Program-made: the position numbers and the translations under genes
The notes under the pieces: generated by a model
What the model saw: the letters and a program-made list of their open reading frames with translations, nothing else
Told to the model about the DNA's origin: nothing
Database searches by the model: none
Shown here: one piece after another, positions 1 to 11,118 of the stretch
Position numbering within the stretch: the stretch's first letter is position 1
How the letters are laid out: the number at the start of each line of letters is the position of its first letter
Sequence record: ON528734
Strand: one strand, 5' to 3'
Length of the DNA stretch: 64,000 nucleotides
Source of the DNA: Shigella phage ESh24

Positions 1-1
1 A

Positions 2-631
2 TACGAAGCACTAGTTAAAAATAAAGTGTTCTATTTCAGAAATTTTGTATCTACTTCTTTAACTCCTATCATTTTTGGACGTTTTGGAATCACACATGCT
101 GGTATTGGTCTTTTAGAACCAGAAGCTCGCAATGAATTAACAGTTGATAAAAATGAAGAAGGAATAACTATTAATCCAAACGAAATAAGAGCGTATAAAG
201 AAAATCCTGAATACGTTAAAGTTCAAATAGGATGGGCAATTGATGGAGCTCATAAAGTTAATGTTGTATATCCAGGAAGTCTCGGAATAGCAACAGAAGC
301 TGAAGTTATTCTACCGCGTGGATTGATGGTCAAAGTTAATAAAATAACTGATGCTTCTAATAATGACGGAACAACATCTAATAATACAAAACTCATTCAA
401 GCTGAAGTTATGACTACGGAAGAACTCACCGAATCGGTAATTTATGACGGCGACCGTCTAATGGAAACCGGCGAAGTAGTTGCAATGACAGGTGATATTG
501 AAATAGAAGACAGAGTTGACTTTGCATCATTTGTTTCATCAAATGTTAAACAGAAAGTAGAATCATCTCTTGGAATTATTGCGTCTTGCATAGATATTAC
601 AAACATGCCCTACAAGTTCGTTCAAGGATAA
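2..631 (+). CDS. Alt-like ADP-ribosyltransferase paralog, 3' portion (frame open to window start)
   Basis: Frame is open from position 2 to stop at 631. Product aligns with the Alt C-terminal region (FYFRNFVSTSL, SEAEVILPRG, DGDRLMETGEV versus FYFKNFVSTSL, SEAEVILPRG, DGDHLMETGEV in the next ORF). Confidence 0.6.
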   Translation, partial: YEALVKNKVFYFRNFVSTSLTPIIFGRFGITHAGIGLLEPEARNELTVDKNEEGITINPNEIRAYKENPEYVKVQIGWAIDGAHKVNVVYPGSLGIATEAEVILPRGLMVKVNKITDASNNDGTTSNNTKLIQAEVMTTEELTESVIYDGDRLMETGEVVAMTGDIEIEDRVDFASFVSSNVKQKVESSLGIIASCIDITNMPYKFVQG

Positions 632-634
632 ATC

Positions 635-2692
635 ATGGAACTTATTACAGAATTATTTGACGGCGCTTCGGCGCCGGTTGTTAACTTAAATCCTAAGCAT
701 AAAATACCTCAAATTTTTGCTATTCAAGCCGGTGAAGAAAGCGTTCTCCCCGGATTTAGATTTTGTACATACACCTCTGGCGGTGATACGAATAAAAACG
801 TTAAGCCAGGCGACAAAATGATGCATATCGTAATGATAGGTGTTAATGAGAAATTATCGTTAGTTAAGCTTAAAAACTTGGGTGGAAATCCAATTGGTGT
901 CATTAATGCGGTTTTTGATACTGCTCTTCAAACAATGAAACAGTATAAAATTGATGCATGCCTATTCCGCGTACTAAAAAGTAAAACAAATGGCGCAGCC
1001 CGTCAAATGCAAGTTATTGCTGACCGTTTAGTACGTACTAAAGGAGCAGGTCGATATGTTCTTTTAAAGGAAATCTGGGACTATGATAAGAAATATGCAT
1101 ATATTATGGTTTACCGTAAAAATGCCAATTTAGAAGACATTCCAGGTGTACCTCCTATTTCAACTGAGTTATTCACAAAAGTTGAATCAAAGGTTGGTGA
1201 TGTTTATGTAGACGTTAAAACAGGAAATGCTGTTCCTAAAACTGTCGCTGTTGCTGCTTCTATTGCTTTAGAAAATGATAAGCGCACGGATCAAGCTGTT
1301 ATTCAGAAAACTAAAATTAGTCGTCGATTAGCAGCACAAGCTCAATATTCTACTGTTGATGCTTCACTTCAGGGTGATAGCTTCGCTGCTAAGAAATATC
1401 AAGAGTTTGAATCTAAAGTTCCGGTATATAAAGCAGAAGGACCAATGAACTCTGGCGTTATTCAGATTGGTTCAAACTTCGGCAAAGGAGCTATCGGTGG
1501 TATGAGAAGTGCTTCTCGTTTTAAATCTAGCGATTATGAACTAGAAAACTTCCGAAATCATATTGCATTAGCCCATGCACGTTTACGTGATCCATCCATC
1601 AAGTTGCAGAGCGATATATCGTATCAAGGTTCTCAAGAATATTTAAAAAATAAAGAATTCTTTGATTATAAAACTGATAAAATTTTAAGCGATCTTGCCG
1701 ATATTAATATTTCTAACAGCTTTGATGTTATTAAGAAAATTATCAATGATTTGGTTAAAGGTTCTAAAGCTACGCCAGATGAAAAGACAGCTATTATTCA
1801 ATTTGTAATGAATGGCATTTATAAATTGATTAATGAATCTGCTGCCCAGGCATATGAATATGCAAGTACTGAAGTAACTCCAAAAGGATTAACTCAAGCT
1901 GAATCTGATGTAATTGAAGATTATTGTGCAGATTCATATGTTGAAATGAACTCATTCCTTTTGGGTAAACCAGATTCTACCCGTGAAGAATATATGGAAC
2001 GAGCTATTAAACATATTGAGACGCTTGATTCTGCATTCGCTAAAGGTTCAGTTCTTCCTCCAGGAACTACGCTTTATCGTGGACAAGAAGTTACCTTTAA
2101 AACTTTGCGTCATAACATTGAAAACAAAATGTTCTATTTCAAGAACTTCGTATCCACATCGCTTAAACCAAATATCTTCGGTGAGCATGGTAAAAACTAT
2201 ATGGCTCTAGATGATTCCGGTGCAGTATTTTCTGGCGAAGGAGAAGGTTCTGTTGATGCAGAAGATTTGATGCATATGGGTAGTCATTCTACATATGCTA
2301 ATGAAGATGCTGAAACTAGCGTGGGTATGGTAATTAAAGGAGCTGAGCGAATTAAAGTTATCGTTCCGGGTCATTTATCAGGATTTCCATCAGAAGCTGA
2401 AGTTATTCTACCGCGTGGAATTTTACTGAAGATTAATAAAGTAAGTACTTACTTTATGAAAGAAACTGCTTATAACAAGTATCTAATCGAAGGTACAATC
2501 GTTCCTCCTTCTGAACAATTAGAGGAATCAGTATATGATGGCGACCATCTAATGGAAACTGGTGAAGTTCGTCCAATGACTGGATTTAATCAATTCCTTG
2601 TAGAAGAATCAAAAGAAGAGGAAAACGAAGTTTCTCAAATCTTAGCTTCTTTGGTTAACATTAACGGAATGTCTAAAAAGTTCAAAATGTAG
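635..2692 (+). CDS. alt: ADP-ribosyltransferase Alt (capsid-packaged)
   Basis: 685 aa ORF adjacent to gene 54; STS and E-x-E type ART motifs near the C-terminus; length and position match T4 Alt. Confidence 0.85.
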   Translation: MELITELFDGASAPVVNLNPKHKIPQIFAIQAGEESVLPGFRFCTYTSGGDTNKNVKPGDKMMHIVMIGVNEKLSLVKLKNLGGNPIGVINAVFDTALQTMKQYKIDACLFRVLKSKTNGAARQMQVIADRLVRTKGAGRYVLLKEIWDYDKKYAYIMVYRKNANLEDIPGVPPISTELFTKVESKVGDVYVDVKTGNAVPKTVAVAASIALENDKRTDQAVIQKTKISRRLAAQAQYSTVDASLQGDSFAAKKYQEFESKVPVYKAEGPMNSGVIQIGSNFGKGAIGGMRSASRFKSSDYELENFRNHIALAHARLRDPSIKLQSDISYQGSQEYLKNKEFFDYKTDKILSDLADINISNSFDVIKKIINDLVKGSKATPDEKTAIIQFVMNGIYKLINESAAQAYEYASTEVTPKGLTQAESDVIEDYCADSYVEMNSFLLGKPDSTREEYMERAIKHIETLDSAFAKGSVLPPGTTLYRGQEVTFKTLRHNIENKMFYFKNFVSTSLKPNIFGEHGKNYMALDDSGAVFSGEGEGSVDAEDLMHMGSHSTYANEDAETSVGMVIKGAERIKVIVPGHLSGFPSEAEVILPRGILLKINKVSTYFMKETAYNKYLIEGTIVPPSEQLEESVYDGDHLMETGEVRPMTGFNQFLVEESKEEENEVSQILASLVNINGMSKKFKM

Positions 2693-2721
2693 TTTACAAG
2701 TCCCTCGTGTTGTGTTATAGT
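2692..2721 (+). promoter_or_regulatory. T4 early-type promoter (GTTTAC -35, 18 bp spacer, TATAGT -10)
   Basis: GTTTAC at 2692-2697 and TATAGT at 2716-2721, upstream of the 2753 ORF. Confidence 0.45.
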
Positions 2722-2752
2722 AGTCTTACTGACATAACATGAGGAACACAAA

Positions 2753-3043
2753 ATGAAATCTTCTCTGCGCTTTTTAGGTCAAGAACTTGTAGTTGAAGGC
2801 GTTATTCCTGCTGATAATGCTTTTAATGAAGCAGTTTATGATGAATTTATCAAAATTTTTGGAACAGATAAAAAGTTCGGAATTTTTCCTTCTGAAAATT
2901 TTTCAAAGCCAGAACAGACTGAAAGTATTTTTCAGGGTGTAGTAACAGGTAAATTTGAGTCAGAAGCTCCGGTAAAAATTGAAGTTTATATTGAAGACAG
3001 TTTAGTTGCTTCAGTTGCTGCTTTTATTTCATTCCGTAAATAA
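2753..3043 (+). CDS. hypothetical early protein (96 aa) between alt and gene 54
   Basis: ORF with its own early-type promoter, followed by a strong hairpin terminator. Confidence 0.55.
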   Translation: MKSSLRFLGQELVVEGVIPADNAFNEAVYDEFIKIFGTDKKFGIFPSENFSKPEQTESIFQGVVTGKFESEAPVKIEVYIEDSLVASVAAFISFRK

Positions 3044-3049
3044 AAATAT

Positions 3050-3067
3050 GGGGACCTTTCGGTCCCC
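3050..3067. terminator. bidirectional stem-loop terminator (GGGGACC-TTTC-GGTCCCC)
   Basis: Perfect 7 bp GC-rich stem between convergent ORF 2753..3043 (+) and gene 54 (-), with a T-rich flank. Confidence 0.7.
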
Positions 3068-3071
3068 ATTG

Positions 3072-4037
3072 TTATATTGCTCCTAATATTTTACTCTGCG
3101 AATTGACAATCCCTGTCATAGTATTAATGTTTGAAATGCTTCCTGCAGTTCCCCCTAATCTACTAAGTCGTGAAAGCGAATTAGATAGTCCAGTAACACC
3201 TCCACTATTTCCGAGAACGCTTTGAATACCATTTATAGCAGCAGATTCAAGCCATTCAAGCGCAGCTTGCCTATCAACTGCTCCAGCCTGCATCACTCTA
3301 TACGCAAAAGTAACGTCAAATGTAGTTATTTGGTTATCTCCATCATATGATAACTCAGGAGCGCTCACTGACACCGGAATGCATCCAGTGAACATCACCG
3401 CAGTATGTGGTAATCCATTGCGAGAATGAAGATTAACCTGAATATCTGCCTCGACATCTTGTGGCAAAGCTCGTAATCCAGTTACTGGGTCTTGAACAGC
3501 GTTAACCCAGTCTTGCATCGCACGATAATTACATGCTTCTGAATCCATTCTAAATGAAATAACCAAAGGGTCTAATTCTCTCCCAGTTATACGAATATTA
3601 GGAGAATTATAGTTCCAGTCAGTTTCATAGGATAATCTATTCTCTGGCATTTTTACAGAATATATCATCAATCCAGATGAGTTATATGCCATGTTAAAGA
3701 AGTCAATTAAATATGTACCAACTGTAAACGAGCCTAATAAACTTTGAACTGTACGTTGACTCATGGCACCAATAAGATATTTACTAACCCCTGATTTTCT
3801 TATCAGTTTTTGTGTGCCAGCTGTAATTAGCGTGGTAATTCCCTGATTAATATCACCTTGAGTCAATCCTAACCAATCTGAATTTAGACCCAAGTTATTA
3901 TAAGAAAAGTTGCTAATTGAACTTATCAACGAAGAGCTTTTAGTTGATGGAGTTGTCGCAAAAACGCAGCTAAACATATTATTACGTTGGAAATCTGCGT
4001 TTATTGCTTGATTATTAAATTCCTCTAAAGAATACAT
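3072..4037 (-). CDS. 54: baseplate tail tube initiator gp54
   Basis: 321 aa; position and length match T4 gp54 in the 54-48-29 block. Confidence 0.85.
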   Translation of the reverse strand: MYSLEEFNNQAINADFQRNNMFSCVFATTPSTKSSSLISSISNFSYNNLGLNSDWLGLTQGDINQGITTLITAGTQKLIRKSGVSKYLIGAMSQRTVQSLLGSFTVGTYLIDFFNMAYNSSGLMIYSVKMPENRLSYETDWNYNSPNIRITGRELDPLVISFRMDSEACNYRAMQDWVNAVQDPVTGLRALPQDVEADIQVNLHSRNGLPHTAVMFTGCIPVSVSAPELSYDGDNQITTFDVTFAYRVMQAGAVDRQAALEWLESAAINGIQSVLGNSGGVTGLSNSLSRLSRLGGTAGSISNINTMTGIVNSQSKILGAI

Positions 4038-5131
4038 TAAAAAGTCCCCGCATATAAAGAAGCACGGTTTAACGTGATAATTTCTCTCATAGTAATCTCG
4101 AGAGTAAATGTACTAGGGAGGTTTGGAGCAATAGCTAATCCGTTAAAGTTACCGTTAGGTGTTTTATCAAATCTAATGCTTTGTATTTGGCATGGACCAA
4201 ATATTTCCGTTTTTCCATCAAACTTAGATGTTGCACCAAAGTTTTTCACCATCCAAATTGTCGGGTTTGAAACTACTAGAACGTTAGTTAAACTCGATGT
4301 CATTTTCTCAAATAGTGTTTTATTTTTAGCTGCGTCTTCCGGAGATAAAGGTTCAATTAATGTAGAACGATACCAGTCATCTAAATACCCCTTTATTTCA
4401 GCAGCATATTGAGATTTACCCGTTTCACCATAAGAAAAATAGTTAAAATATTGATAGATATTAATGATAGCCATTAAATCTTCTGTTGAGCGTGGAGTCA
4501 AATCCCATGTAAACACTTTAGTTCTATTTTCAGCACCACCGTACATACTTCTGGCTGTCGTATAAATCTGTTCATTATTATCAGCCATTATACCTTGTGT
4601 TATACTTTCCAGTGCCCCAAATACTGCGGTTGAAGCAATATTACTTAACACACCAGTAGCAGTACCTCCGCCTCTACTGATAAGGCTTTCTTGAACATCA
4701 TTAAATCTATGTGATGATGTGTCAACATCAGATTTAGATCTCGGTAAAAGAATGTTTGCGACAGGAGCTTTACTTATTGTTCCTGAATTATTATTTGATA
4801 TTAATCCATTTGATAGTTTTGATACTGTACTACTAATAGTGTTTCTAGCTGTACTCAAAATACCTGAAGACGCAGAAGAGTAGTTAGATCTCATCGATCT
4901 AAGACTTCCAGAATCCCTAGATGACATATTGTATGCAGTAAATAATAATCCATTCTTATATAGATCTGTTACCTGGAAGTCCCCTGTAGTGTCATTACCA
5001 CTAGCACGCCCAGTTGGAAACTGGGCTGTGTATGTTTTAGTTACTACTTCTGATTTAGTGCTCTGTCCAGCTGAAATTTTCTCACCGGACTTTTTAATTA
5101 AATCAGTAGTTATTTCTTTAACAATTGCCAT
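4037..5131 (-). CDS. 48: baseplate tail tube cap gp48
   Basis: 364 aa; T4 gp48 length and position. Confidence 0.85.
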   Translation of the reverse strand: MAIVKEITTDLIKKSGEKISAGQSTKSEVVTKTYTAQFPTGRASGNDTTGDFQVTDLYKNGLLFTAYNMSSRDSGSLRSMRSNYSSASSGILSTARNTISSTVSKLSNGLISNNNSGTISKAPVANILLPRSKSDVDTSSHRFNDVQESLISRGGGTATGVLSNIASTAVFGALESITQGIMADNNEQIYTTARSMYGGAENRTKVFTWDLTPRSTEDLMAIINIYQYFNYFSYGETGKSQYAAEIKGYLDDWYRSTLIEPLSPEDAAKNKTLFEKMTSSLTNVLVVSNPTIWMVKNFGATSKFDGKTEIFGPCQIQSIRFDKTPNGNFNGLAIAPNLPSTFTLEITMREIITLNRASLYAGTF

Positions 5132-5139
5132 ATTATTCC

Positions 5140-6912
5140 TTAATTAACTCCAGTCGCATCAAATACACCAGGAGCAGTTGTGCTTGTGACAGGTGTCATA
5201 TTATGAACGACAGTATTTTTCTTAATAACATTATTAGTATTATTGATTGAAGGAGATGCTTGCTGAACAGGAGCTTGCTGTGCTTTGTTCTTTTCAATAA
5301 CCTGGACCTGTTTCGCTTCTGGCGATTTAGCAGAAGTTTCAGGTTTGGCATTAGGCTGATTTTTCTTGAGCTCTTGATAAGTAGCATCAATTTTAGAAAA
5401 TCTAGCAGCAAGTTCTTTTTTAACTGCCGGTGAATTATTTAAATCCGGGTCATCCATCCGTTTTTTAAGGTCTTCATAGGCAGATTCAACTGATTTAACC
5501 GTTGAGTCTTTACTCATATCAGCTGAATCAGCATATTTTTCAAAGCGAATCATCGCAGCACGAGCTTCATTAGCCTTCATTAAAGCATTTTTTCTTTCTT
5601 CAGGTGAAAGTTGCTTTAATTTTTCTTCTTCTGCTGCACGTTCTTCGTCGGTAGTTAGTGCTTCTTTATTATCAACACCGCGAATCCAATTAGATGCGCG
5701 AGTTTTCCAGTTCGCAATCTTGTCTAATCCTTTTGCTATCGGACCAAGGTCTCCATTCATTCTTTTATCTTGATAATTTGCAACTTTTTCCTGGTCTTCT
5801 TTATTGAGAGATGCTCCAGTAGAATTTTGGAAATTTTCTAGTGCTCTTCCTTCTACTTCGTCAGCAGTATCCTTCATGCCAGGAATGACTCGAAGAATTG
5901 CTGCAGATAATTTAGCCATACCTAATTGAATAAGTTCACCTAAATTAAAAAGAACACTTCCGAGTCCTTCAACAATAGCTGCTGTCAATCCACCCCAATC
6001 TCCCGCTTCCCAAAGTTGTTTAATTTTATCAATAGAATCAAAGATGCTCTGTAATAAAGGACCCCATGTTCCGGTTTCGCTAGAGAATTTAGTAAAATCA
6101 GTATTAAATAAATCCCAGGCTTTTGAAAATTTATCTGACCAGTATTTAAAATGAACCATCAACAGGTCTATTCCAACAACAACAGCCAATATCATTGCAG
6201 TCATTTTAGCAGCTTCAATAGCAGCACTAACGGTGTACTTAAATAACATGCTTGATATTTTATCAGTAATTGAAATGGATTTTTTAAATCCAAAATCAAC
6301 TGTCTTTGTTAATTTATCTAAAGCTTGAGATAATTTTAAGTTAAATGCTTCTTTTTTCTGTTTTTCTTCTGGTGATTCTTGCTTTGGCTCAACTGGCTGA
6401 GGGGTCGGGAAAAAATCAGCATCAGGGTCATTATTAACTGCTTCAGGAGCCGGTAATAAAGGACCCACAGATTCAGCTGTATCATCCTCAACGACTTTAA
6501 CAGGAATAGCGCTTTCAACTGTGGCTAAACTAGTTCCCGTCTGTTGAATTCCAGCTGTCTGAATTTTTTGCTCTAGTAAACTTGTTAATTTATCTAATTT
6601 GCTTCCGAGTGATTCACCGATTTCTTTATTAATATTGTTGCCAATTTCGACAGTTTCAGCAATTAACTCAGAACCGGCAGTAGTATCACTCACTGCGCTT
6701 TCTACGTTACCAATTGCTCCAACTATTTCATTAGATTTTTCTTCGACAGTTTGAGCTATTAATTCAGAGGCAGCTTGAGCATCATCCAATTTCGTAGATA
6801 TATCGTTAAGTCCAGATAAAGTGTTAGAAGCGGATTTAGCCGCTTCCTGTGTTGGTTTATTATCTGAAATAACTTTTCTACGCATCGTTTGCATTTCTTG
6901 TGGCTTTTTCAT
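5140..6912 (-). CDS. 29: tail length tape-measure / baseplate hub protein gp29
   Basis: 590 aa; T4 gp29 length and position. Confidence 0.85.
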   Translation of the reverse strand: MKKPQEMQTMRRKVISDNKPTQEAAKSASNTLSGLNDISTKLDDAQAASELIAQTVEEKSNEIVGAIGNVESAVSDTTAGSELIAETVEIGNNINKEIGESLGSKLDKLTSLLEQKIQTAGIQQTGTSLATVESAIPVKVVEDDTAESVGPLLPAPEAVNNDPDADFFPTPQPVEPKQESPEEKQKKEAFNLKLSQALDKLTKTVDFGFKKSISITDKISSMLFKYTVSAAIEAAKMTAMILAVVVGIDLLMVHFKYWSDKFSKAWDLFNTDFTKFSSETGTWGPLLQSIFDSIDKIKQLWEAGDWGGLTAAIVEGLGSVLFNLGELIQLGMAKLSAAILRVIPGMKDTADEVEGRALENFQNSTGASLNKEDQEKVANYQDKRMNGDLGPIAKGLDKIANWKTRASNWIRGVDNKEALTTDEERAAEEEKLKQLSPEERKNALMKANEARAAMIRFEKYADSADMSKDSTVKSVESAYEDLKKRMDDPDLNNSPAVKKELAARFSKIDATYQELKKNQPNAKPETSAKSPEAKQVQVIEKNKAQQAPVQQASPSINNTNNVIKKNTVVHNMTPVTSTTAPGVFDATGVN

Positions 6913-7442
6913 TCAAATAATCCAATAATATTGCCAATTCCGGTTATTGGACCATTAGGGCCAGGAATTGCTAAAGTTGTAAAAATATCATTTGCCCATT
7001 TTAAAACGAATGCTGGCATCTCAAGAAAATTAATTTCTTTAACTTCATCATTGACCTTAAGCAAGCATTTGGATAACATATCGCTTACAGTTAAAAATTG
7101 TTCAAATTTTCCAGGAGGTCTAAAATAAAATGTATTTCCTTGGTATTGAAATTCCAATCTTTGACATACATAAACGTCATTAATATCATAAGTATAACCA
7201 TCTATTTCTTTACGAGATTTAATCTTTCCATTAAATTCCAATAAATGAATAGAAACGAAATCAACTTCTGCCGGTGATAAATTCGGACAAATAGAATCAA
7301 TAAGAAGTTTTAAATTTTCATCAGGACCTTTAACATCTTTTAAAATGTTATAATGTTTAAGACCCATTTTAGGAATAGAAACTTCTTTATTACTTATTGG
7401 AAGAACTACTTTCTTCAGTGGTAGTATCAGATTTAAATTCAT
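6909..7442 (-). CDS. 28: baseplate hub distal subunit gp28
   Basis: 177 aa; T4 gp28 length and position. Start overlaps the end of gene 27. Confidence 0.8.
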   Translation of the reverse strand: MNLNLILPLKKVVLPISNKEVSIPKMGLKHYNILKDVKGPDENLKLLIDSICPNLSPAEVDFVSIHLLEFNGKIKSRKEIDGYTYDINDVYVCQRLEFQYQGNTFYFRPPGKFEQFLTVSDMLSKCLLKVNDEVKEINFLEMPAFVLKWANDIFTTLAIPGPNGPITGIGNIIGLFE

Positions 7443-8562
7443 TTTTAACCTTAACTGGGTCTATTGTTTCCAGTTTCGTTGCATTAGTGAACATATATAG
7501 ATGAGTTACTGAGTTATTATTGGATAATTCATGGATAACTTCATCAACGTAAAATTCTGTTTTAAATTGGTTTTTACTATCATTAAAAATAATTTTAACA
7601 CCAGGAGTCAAGTTAAAATTACCGACAGTAGAACATTTAGCATAGCCATCATATTGCGCCATAGTTTGAAGACGAATAGCTTCTTCATAGCCATTCCTAT
7701 AAGTCATTTCAGAATAAGCACCTGACCTTGATACTACAATAGAGTTTTCGCCCTTTCCTGTAGTAATCATTGGCAGTGAAGAATCTAAAAACGAATGTGC
7801 ATAGATAGTAGCATTTTTCATTGGGTCGCGTTTGTGAGGATTCGATTTAGTCAACCAAACGAAATCATATGCTAATGGATATTTTAATTCTTGGATGAAT
7901 TGACCTATTAAAGATGGCTCACCGACAATCATTGGATATGGTTCTTGATTTATCATCATATCATAGTCCATCATGTTAACTCCCATGATGTCTTGCCACA
8001 CAAACACAAATTTGTCACTTCCTACAGCTAGAGCAACTTCTCTAACATACGACAAATAGTTTTCAAATGTGCTAGTCCACGGAATATCAGGAACATAAGC
8101 ATTTATAGCATTTATTGCTGGAGTTAATAGTGTGCGGTCTTGATAAATGACACCAAGCATTTCCTTTATAGATTCACCTGCATCAGGGAAAAACGGTCTA
8201 CCAAATTTAAGATTTTCTATAGAATGAATAGTTCCCAATTCAATAGCAATGATGTTATCGCCTTTTGAATCTACTGACACGGAAAAATGCTTACATCCAT
8301 AAATTCGTGTTTTAACATTATTAATATCGTTTGCATTAGCTACAGAAATCTGAATTATTTCATTTCCATCCATTTTTGTATGGATGTTTTTAGAATCATA
8401 AAACTGCAGCATTCCTTCATTTCGGCCATAAAGAGAATCCCGCATAGTTAATGTGGTAATAGTAGCAGCTAATTCAACAAATCTATTATTACTCCAAGCG
8501 TCGTAGCTATCAAATAATTTAACGCTGAGATTTGGATATCCGGGGCGTTGCAACATACTCAT
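7390..8562 (-). CDS. 27: baseplate hub subunit gp27
   Basis: 390 aa; T4 gp27 length and position. Confidence 0.85.
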   Translation of the reverse strand: MSMLQRPGYPNLSVKLFDSYDAWSNNRFVELAATITTLTMRDSLYGRNEGMLQFYDSKNIHTKMDGNEIIQISVANANDINNVKTRIYGCKHFSVSVDSKGDNIIAIELGTIHSIENLKFGRPFFPDAGESIKEMLGVIYQDRTLLTPAINAINAYVPDIPWTSTFENYLSYVREVALAVGSDKFVFVWQDIMGVNMMDYDMMINQEPYPMIVGEPSLIGQFIQELKYPLAYDFVWLTKSNPHKRDPMKNATIYAHSFLDSSLPMITTGKGENSIVVSRSGAYSEMTYRNGYEEAIRLQTMAQYDGYAKCSTVGNFNLTPGVKIIFNDSKNQFKTEFYVDEVIHELSNNNSVTHLYMFTNATKLETIDPVKVKNEFKSDTTTEESSSSNK

Positions 8563-9311
8563 TATTGTTTATCCTTCTCAATCAGTTTTAATACGAATCC
8601 GCGCTCGGCAGGAATCATTTTCATTATTGAATTTAAGCTATAATTACTTTTTACAAGTGTGTGATTAATTTGATAAAAAGTAAATATCTCATCTGGGTTA
8701 ACTAATAGCTTAAACACATCTACTATATCAGTGTATTTTTTTACATACTTATTACAACACGACATGTGCAACGTTAAATTAATAGGATTCATTGCATCGA
8801 GAATTTTTTCTAATGTTTCTATCTCGATGGCATCAACAAGTTCTATTTGACTTGATTCGCTAATTTCCTTCCAATCATACCAAGTTTCATCTACTTGAAC
8901 AGAATGAATATTTTCAGTAATCATCTTTGCTTTATTTTCATAAAACTCAGAAGGAAACTTTAATTTAATTTTAACATTAGCTACATCAAAAACAGGCTCC
9001 TTTAATTCTTTTTGGTATATTTCAAATGGAACTGTCTTTTCTTTTTTACATTTTGGACATACAAATGTGACTGGTACTTTAGTTTTACCTATTGACCCTA
9101 CAAATACCTGCAAAAATATAAATGGTTGCCAAGTCTTTGGATAGTCTCCAAAATAATCAGCAATTAAATCAGCAATTACTTCTTTTTGTTCTTGTGGTGA
9201 CCGATGTTCTATATCGTTTCGAACTAACAAAAAATCTCGATAATCTTCTACCGTAAATGGTTTAAAACGATGAACACCATCTGGTAATTTACAACGAATA
9301 ATGTTTGCCAT
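8562..9311 (-). CDS. 51: baseplate hub assembly catalyst gp51
   Basis: 249 aa; T4 gp51 length and position. Confidence 0.85.
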   Translation of the reverse strand: MANIIRCKLPDGVHRFKPFTVEDYRDFLLVRNDIEHRSPQEQKEVIADLIADYFGDYPKTWQPFIFLQVFVGSIGKTKVPVTFVCPKCKKEKTVPFEIYQKELKEPVFDVANVKIKLKFPSEFYENKAKMITENIHSVQVDETWYDWKEISESSQIELVDAIEIETLEKILDAMNPINLTLHMSCCNKYVKKYTDIVDVFKLLVNPDEIFTFYQINHTLVKSNYSLNSIMKMIPAERGFVLKLIEKDKQ

Positions 9312-9328
9312 AGATGCTCCTTTTATTC

Positions 9329-9340
9329 TATTTATAAATA
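9329..9340. promoter_or_regulatory. divergent overlapping late promoters (TATAAATA on both strands)
   Basis: TATTTATA at 9329-9336 (reads TATAAATA on minus, gene 51) overlaps TATAAATA at 9333-9340 (plus, gene 26). Confidence 0.6.
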
Positions 9341-9361
9341 TGATAAATAAAGGAGCTAAAT

Positions 9362-9988
9362 ATGTATGAATATAAATTTGACGTGAGAGTTGGTTCTAAA
9401 ATAATCAATTGTCGCGCATTCACGCTTAAAGAATATCTAGAACTTATTACTGCTAAAAATAATGGTTCTGTAGAAGTAATTGTTAAAAAGCTAATCAAAG
9501 ACTGCACAAATGCAAAAGATTTAAACCGCCAAGAATCAGAACTATTGTTGATTCATTTATGGGCACATTCTCTTGGTGAAGTTAATCACGAAAACTCCTG
9601 GAAGTGCACCTGTGGAACTGAAATACCAACCCATATAAATCTATTACATACACAAATAGATGCACCAGAAGACCTCTGGTATACACTGGGTGACATTAAA
9701 ATTAAATTCCATTACCCTAAAATTTTTGATGATAAAAATATAGCCCACATGATAGTATCATGTATAGAAACGATTCACGCTAACGGGGAAAGCATTCCAG
9801 TTGAAGACTTAAATGAAAAAGAACTGGAAGATTTATATTCTATCATCACAGAGTCAGATATTGTAGCTATAAAAGATATGCTTTTAAAGCCTACTGTTTA
9901 TTTGGCTGTTCCAATTAAGTGTCCAGAGTGTGGAAAATCTCATGCTCATGTAATAAGAGGACTCAAAGAATTCTTTGAGCTATTATAA
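9362..9988 (+). CDS. 26: baseplate hub subunit gp26
   Basis: 208 aa; T4 gp26 length and position. Confidence 0.85.
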   Translation: MYEYKFDVRVGSKIINCRAFTLKEYLELITAKNNGSVEVIVKKLIKDCTNAKDLNRQESELLLIHLWAHSLGEVNHENSWKCTCGTEIPTHINLLHTQIDAPEDLWYTLGDIKIKFHYPKIFDDKNIAHMIVSCIETIHANGESIPVEDLNEKELEDLYSIITESDIVAIKDMLLKPTVYLAVPIKCPECGKSHAHVIRGLKEFFELL

Positions 9989-10386
9989 TGGCAAATATTA
10001 ATAAGCTTTATTCTGACATCGACCCAGAAATGAAAATGGACTGGGACAAAGACGTTTCCAGATCGCTTGGATTAAGGTCAATTAAAAACAGTCTTTTGGG
10101 AATTATTACAACAAGAAAAGGTTCAAGACCGTTTGACCCTGAATTTGGATGTGATTTATCAGACCAGCTTTTTGAAAATATGACTCCTCTTACTGCTGAC
10201 ACAGTTGAGCGTAATATCGAAAGCGCAGTAAGAAACTATGAGCCACGTATTGATAAATTATCAGTTAATGTGATACCAGTTTATGATGATTATACTCTGA
10301 TAGTAGAAATACGCTTTTCAGTCATCGATAACCCTGATGATATTGAGCAGATAAAACTACAACTGGCTTCCAGTAATAGAGTATAA
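9988..10386 (+). CDS. 25: baseplate wedge subunit gp25
   Basis: 132 aa; T4 gp25 length and position. Confidence 0.85.
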   Translation: MANINKLYSDIDPEMKMDWDKDVSRSLGLRSIKNSLLGIITTRKGSRPFDPEFGCDLSDQLFENMTPLTADTVERNIESAVRNYEPRIDKLSVNVIPVYDDYTLIVEIRFSVIDNPDDIEQIKLQLASSNRV

Positions 10387-10412
10387 TGCTTCACGTATAA
10401 ACGTGGTATAAT
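10387..10412 (+). promoter_or_regulatory. middle-type promoter (MotA box TGCTTCA plus TATAAT)
   Basis: TGCTTCA at 10387-10393, 13 bp spacer, TATAAT at 10407-10412, upstream of uvsY. Confidence 0.5.
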
Positions 10413-10452
10413 GAATCTAAGTCCATCCAATAATAATTGAATAGAGAACAAT

Positions 10453-10866
10453 ATGAGATTAGAAGATCTTCAAGAAGAATTGAAGAAAGATGTGTTTATA
10501 GATTCGACTAAATTACAGTATGAAGCAGCTAATAATGTGATGTTATATAGTAAATGGCTTAATAAGCATTCAAGTATTAAAAAGGAAATGCTTAGAATTG
10601 ATGCACAGAAAAAAGTTGCTCTTAAAGTTAAATTAGACTACTACTCGGGACGAGGAGATGGTGATGAATTTAGTATGGATCGTTATGAGAAATCAGAAAT
10701 GAAAACAGTTCTATCAGCTGATAAGGATGTTTTAAAGGTTGATACCTCGTTACAGTATTGGGGGATTTTATTAGATTTCTGTAGCGGAGCTCTTGATGCT
10801 ATCAAATCACGCGGATTTGCTATTAAGCATATTCAAGACATGCGAGCATTTGAGGCTGGAAAATAA
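10453..10866 (+). CDS. uvsY: recombination mediator UvsY
   Basis: 137 aa; T4 UvsY length and position between gene 25 and uvsW. Confidence 0.85.
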   Translation: MRLEDLQEELKKDVFIDSTKLQYEAANNVMLYSKWLNKHSSIKKEMLRIDAQKKVALKVKLDYYSGRGDGDEFSMDRYEKSEMKTVLSADKDVLKVDTSLQYWGILLDFCSGALDAIKSRGFAIKHIQDMRAFEAGK

Positions 10867-11090
10867 TGAGATATAGCATTGATGATGCTTTTAATTATGA
10901 AGAAGAATTTGAAACGGAAATTCAATTTTTAATGAAAAAGCATAATCTTAAGCGTCAGGATATTCGTATCCTGGCCGACCACCCATGCGGTGAAGATGTA
11001 CTTTATATTAAAGGAAAATTTGCCGGATATCTAGATGAATATTTTTATTCTAAAGATATGGGCATTGATATGCATATGAGAGTTGTATAA
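10866..11090 (+). CDS. uvsY.-1: hypothetical protein (uvsY.-1 position)
   Basis: 74 aa ORF whose start overlaps the uvsY stop. Confidence 0.6.
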   Translation: MRYSIDDAFNYEEEFETEIQFLMKKHNLKRQDIRILADHPCGEDVLYIKGKFAGYLDEYFYSKDMGIDMHMRVV

Positions 11091-11118
11091 ATAGATATAT
11101 AATTCAGAGGAGACAATC

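Noticed and set aside
26-631. Treating the first ORF as a complete 201 aa gene starting at GTG 26
   Set aside because: The reading frame is open all the way to position 2 with no upstream stop, so the gene almost certainly starts outside the window.
1983-2210. Short ORFs nested in or antisense to large genes (e.g. 1983..2210, 4074..4412, 13174..13530, 18933..19337, 19846..20190, 36106..36327, 40020..40394)
   Set aside because: All are 60-130 aa, lack RBS and promoter context, and sit inside long structural genes whose length and order match T4; treated as chance ORFs.
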